DNA from: Macrostomum lignano
Taxonomy: Eukaryota
Direction: 5' to 3'
NCBI GenBank assembly: GCA_002269645.1
Contig: NIVC01003169.1
Location: 51,408 to 115,407 of the forward strand
DNA: 64,000 bases
Shown piece after piece: positions 59,937-64,000 of this stretch. Each line of letters starts with the position of its first letter. The first letter of the stretch is position 1. The notes under the pieces are model-generated. The model searched no databases. It was given only the letters and a program-made list of their open reading frames with translations, and was not told the origin of the DNA. The translations under genes and the position numbers were made by a program.

Positions 59937-62900
59937 TCGAGTGATGAGGCATCAACAGCACCAGACCTCTGCCAAGCCTCAGCCTCAGCCAAGTCAGTAT
60001 CGAACGGACCAAAGTGCCACTTTCACTTTCCTGATTGGTTGGGAACTATGGCTACCCGAGCTTCGCGTCACCGCCATCTGCACCAGCAAAGTCGGGCACG
60101 GGATGGTGGACCTTCTTCAAGCAACAATCGGCGTAAGCTGACTGGCATTATTGAGCAAGTGAACGAATGCGCACACGTCAGTGATGCATACGAAACCGGT
60201 GTAAATGGGACAGAGTTCCTAAACAACTTGCCGGCTAAAATGTCTTCGTTACAATACTCCGGTGATGACTCTGCTTTCTGTTTACACCGGCAGCTAACGA
60301 GGGATCACGGTGCCACTAGTTCGCTTCGTCAGGAACCTGTCAGTCGAACTATTCCCTCCGAGTCCACGGATCACCAAAACAATCTTGATGGGGAGCAGCA
60401 CCAAAATGGTAACCACCTTTGTCACAGTCACCACAGCTTCCATGGCGATGACGTTTACCGAATATTCGTCGAGTCTTCATGGCACGTCAAGTCGTCTATT
60501 CTTTCTCTGGTAAATTTTTCACATGTAAAATCTGTGCGAAAACTGATGACAATTTTATGCGAGATTTAGTCAACCATTAAATTTTTAGTTCGCCGCGAAC
60601 TTATCTAAAAGTAGCAATGGAAACGGGGCAAAGAAACGGAAGAATGAATGGATTCAATTATCGGGTCATTGTGGTGAGCCATGCGATTTGTTCTATGATT
60701 TTCCTGTTTTCTTTGACCCATGCACCCAGTTAGAAGAACCGCAACTCATTAGCAGCAGCAATTGGCTATTCGAATGTTTAAATTAGTCTAGTTTGTTCGT
60801 TCGGAGCTTCTCAAAATGCATTAATCACAAGCGTTAACGGCATATTTCAAGTACACAGTCAAACAGTTACTTTTGACAATGGCCGAAATCAGTTCTTTTA
60901 ACAGTAGAACTACCAAGAGGGGGGGGGGGAATTTCCCCCCCCTGACAATTTTTTTCGCTGCGCCGGAACGGAGCAACGCAGGCACACGAAATTTAAGAAC
61001 ACGGGCTAATTTTTTGTTGCGCACCTTCTCAAACAAGAATAAAGTCGCCAGCCCTCGCCAGACGGCGTCCGGGTGATGGCTGAATGCTTGACTGACTAGC
61101 TGAGGATGTCCAGCAGTTGATTTTTGCCCACTATCGAGGCTTGATCAGCGAAACTAGAGAAATTCTTATCAGGCTGTCCATAGTCACCTGGTGTAATCTG
61201 TTGAAGGAGCCGACGGCGTCGGGATGATGACGGAATGCTTGAGAGACTAGCTGAAAATGTCTGGCGGTTGATTCTTGCCCACTGTCGAGGCTTGATCGGC
61301 GAAACTAGAGAAATCCGCATCAGGGTGTCCATAGTCACCTGGTGCCACAGCTGTTGAGGGTCCAGAAGCTCCACTTGGGTGAAGGCTAGTGACCAACGAA
61401 GTCAGAACTGATGCAGACACATGTGTTCGACGTTCTGATGAAATTTGGAGACTTGGCAAGGCGGCACTGAGGCGCAGTGCTAATTGGCGCACAGGGGTGT
61501 ACTGAATACACTAGCACTTAGCTCGTATGGGAAAAATCCGACCTTCTGGCAGAATCGTCGAATATCTCGACGGTCCGAAGGGCTGGCGACTTGATTCTTG
61601 TTTGAGAAGGTGCGCAACAAAAAGTTAGTCCGTGTTCTTGAATTTCGTGAGCCTGCGTTGCTCTGTTCCGGCGCAGCGAAAAAAATTGTCAGGGGGAATT
61701 TCCCTCCCCCCCCCCCTTTTGGTAGTTCGACGGGCGGAAAAATGGCTTGGTATTCCTACTGTTAACTTAGCATATGAATATCATCCTGCTTCAGGCACAT
61801 TTGCGGTGGCAGGCCCATGGAGCATTTGGAAGCGCAGAGACCCACGAGAAGTAAATGAGCTGCAAGCTTATAAGCTGTTGATGCAAAGCGAACAGCTGAG
61901 GCAGTTTGTGCCCATATTCTATCGCGAGGTCGAACACCGGGGAGAGTGTGAGTTAATCTGAATTATCCACGAATTATCATGCAGTATCCAAAACGAAGTT
62001 TAATCTTGCTATGTATTATAGATACTTTAGTATTAGGAACTAATGCTCAACATTAGTTTGTGTCTGTGGATGTATAGTTTAACCAAGAAGTCAAGATTTG
62101 TTCGATAGGCCACACACAAACTGAGTTTATATGTAAATTTTGGCACTGTTCAAAGTCACGCAATGTGATAGTTACGAAGCAAGCAGATATTCCCATTCTA
62201 CTGACAACTAAGTACACACCACGCCCCCCAATGCGCACGCATTTTCGTACGCCAGTCCCGACAGAGCACTTGATCGAGCCCTGGTTTCTTTAGAGCGAGA
62301 GCCGGGGCGCGTTACCACCTGGAGCTGCTCTGCCTCTTTGATGGTCAAGAAGGAAACTATTCTCATTAAAATAGTTCAAAGATTCGCAAGATCCGATCGA
62401 CACAAGAAGTAGCCTAATGTCTTTAATCTTCCCTTGTACTAATCAATGATTCTTCTAAGCACTTCAGATCAAAGAGGGAGCTAGCAGGTGCGTATAGCCA
62501 CGCCCAAAAAACAACAGATCACAGATACTTGATCGGATTTATTACATCCGTTCTATAGATGAATCTGAATGCAGTGACTGTTTTAACAACGTGTTTTCAG
62601 TTGTCCCTGTTGGTGTCTAAAACCTATCATGTTGATTTTTTTAGTTTTGGGTTGCGCTTAACTCAACAATGAAGCATCTGCCAGCTATATGAATTGTGTC
62701 CTTTCAGATTTCCTTGAACTGGAAGATCTACTTCATCACTTCAAGAATCCCAGCATCATGGATGTGAAGATGGGGAGTCGGACTTTCCTGGAGTCCGAGG
62801 TGACAAACCCAGTGCTGCGCACGGATTTGTACAAGAAGATGGTCGAGTTGGATCCCAATGAACCAACTGCAGAAGAGAAGCAGCACCAGGCTGTGACAAG

Positions 62901-63899
62901 CTGCGTTACATGCGAGTAAGTCTGTCTGCCAAGGTCAAGTTTGGGCTGAAATCAGTAATCAAGAGTCTTTATAGCTCTTACGTATTTGTTACTACATGTA
63001 TAAGCTTAAGAATCCGGAATTGTACGTATCATTTACAATGCATCAAAATCGAAGTTTATCTATACGTAGTTGATCAGCTTTCGTGCTTCCACACTCTTGC
63101 TGGTAGACAATTCGATATTAAAATGCATGTAAAGTATATTTAATTTTTGTCAGCATTAAAACATTGAAACTTTTCAGTTTCGAGAGAAAGAGAGCACATC
63201 AATAACGTTGGGATTTCGCTTAGATGCCATTCGGGTACGTCTCTTACTGCCAGTGACACTTATTCAGTGCGAAGAACGCCAGCTAAATCTTAGTACACTT
63301 GTACCTTTTTATTTAACAAACAAAAGACCCTAAGACCTGCGAACAATACAGTTTACGGCTAAAGACGGCCAAAACAGAAGCTGAGGTAATTAAGCTATTT
63401 TGCGCAAACTTCCACTGTCTATGTTACTTTGTGTTGACACCTATCTGCAGTCGTTTGGTGCCTACATTTTTATACACGCAGGTCGCCGACATCATGCACT
63501 ACTTCTGCGCATACAATCCGGTCATTATGCGCCAGTACGCTAGACGGCTCACAGATCTGCGTACTGTGCTGGAAGGCTCCAGCTTCTTCAAGTCTCACGA
63601 GGTCCAATGGGTTTCAAAATAGACCATAATTACGGTATACCAACCTTCAGTTTTATTTCTATCTGTAATTGTCATCTAATTTCCTATTGTAGTTGATTGG
63701 GTCGTCACTGCTCTTCCTGCACGATGAGACGCTGAAAGCGAATGCGTGGATGATCGACTTTGCCAAAACGGTGCCACACCAGGAGCTTCGGCTGAGCCAT
63801 GCGGTCGAATGGCAGCTGGGCAATCACGAGGATGGCTACCTCACCGGACTGAATAATCTTATTCGACTGCTGGACGGCATGGCGAATCAGTATGTGTGA
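59937..63899 (+). CDS. Inositol-trisphosphate 3-kinase (ITPKA/B/C family)
   Basis: Exons 59937-60509 (5' limit uncertain), 60589-60673, 61795-61947, 62708-62915 (needs +1 nt near 62898), 63178-63234, about 63335-63385, 63482-63601, 63693-63899. Motifs [68 protein letters not shown]. Confidence 0.9.
60907..61728. mobile_element. MITE-like element with about 135-bp TIRs and an internal 151-bp duplication, in an IP3K intron
   Basis: Left GAACTACCAAGAGGGGGG...GTCGCCAGCCCT and right AGGGCTGGCGAC...CCCCTTTTGGTAGTTC are reverse complements; internal GAATGCTTGA blocks at 61082 and 61233. TSD unclear. Confidence 0.82.
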
Positions 63900-64000
63900 G
63901 GAGCGGCCGACATGTTGGATAAATGCGTCACCATGTGCTTAGTATAAAATTTCTAATGATTGCTCATATGACACGCATGTCAGCTCGAAAATACGCTTCC

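Noticed and set aside
60500-60615. Apparent phase mismatch between IP3K exons
   Set aside because: It is resolved by the acceptor TTTTTAG| at 60588, which gives phase 0.

Overview
Eukaryotic (invertebrate animal) genomic DNA with spliceosomal introns; no prokaryotic features. GC/CpG-rich exons, abundant minisatellites and several ATG-less first exons would fit a flatworm such as Macrostomum, but the species is an inference. Genes: a 20-exon axonemal inner-arm dynein heavy chain (DNAH3-like, minus, running off the left edge); a candidate 3-exon gene of unknown function just upstream of it; a SUR1/CSH1-like GT32 glycosyltransferase; a novel-type PKC (epsilon/eta); phosducin-like PDCL; an intronless DNTTIP1-like gene; and an inositol-trisphosphate 3-kinase. 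Mobile DNA: two tRNA-derived SINE families (one with a CORE domain), a P-like MITE family (CAAGG termini, 8-bp TSD), three non-LTR retrotransposon fragments, two mariner fossils, a complete but mutated piggyBac inserted into a Crypton-like tyrosine-recombinase fossil, and a long-TIR MITE. Most notable: (i) PKC, dynein and the unknown gene each begin at an orphan phase-0 splice acceptor with no ATG, as expected if a spliced leader ending in AUG supplies the start codon; (ii) a PDCL intron minisatellite built from the exon-end/splice-donor junction itself, with a larger inverted array 1.8 kb away; (iii) a strongly CpG-depleted domain (about 43.4-55.5 kb) whose TE fossils show systematic Arg-codon decay. 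Single-base deletions in homopolymers interrupt dynein and IP3K and are probably assembly errors. All homology calls are from remembered family motifs, not database searches.
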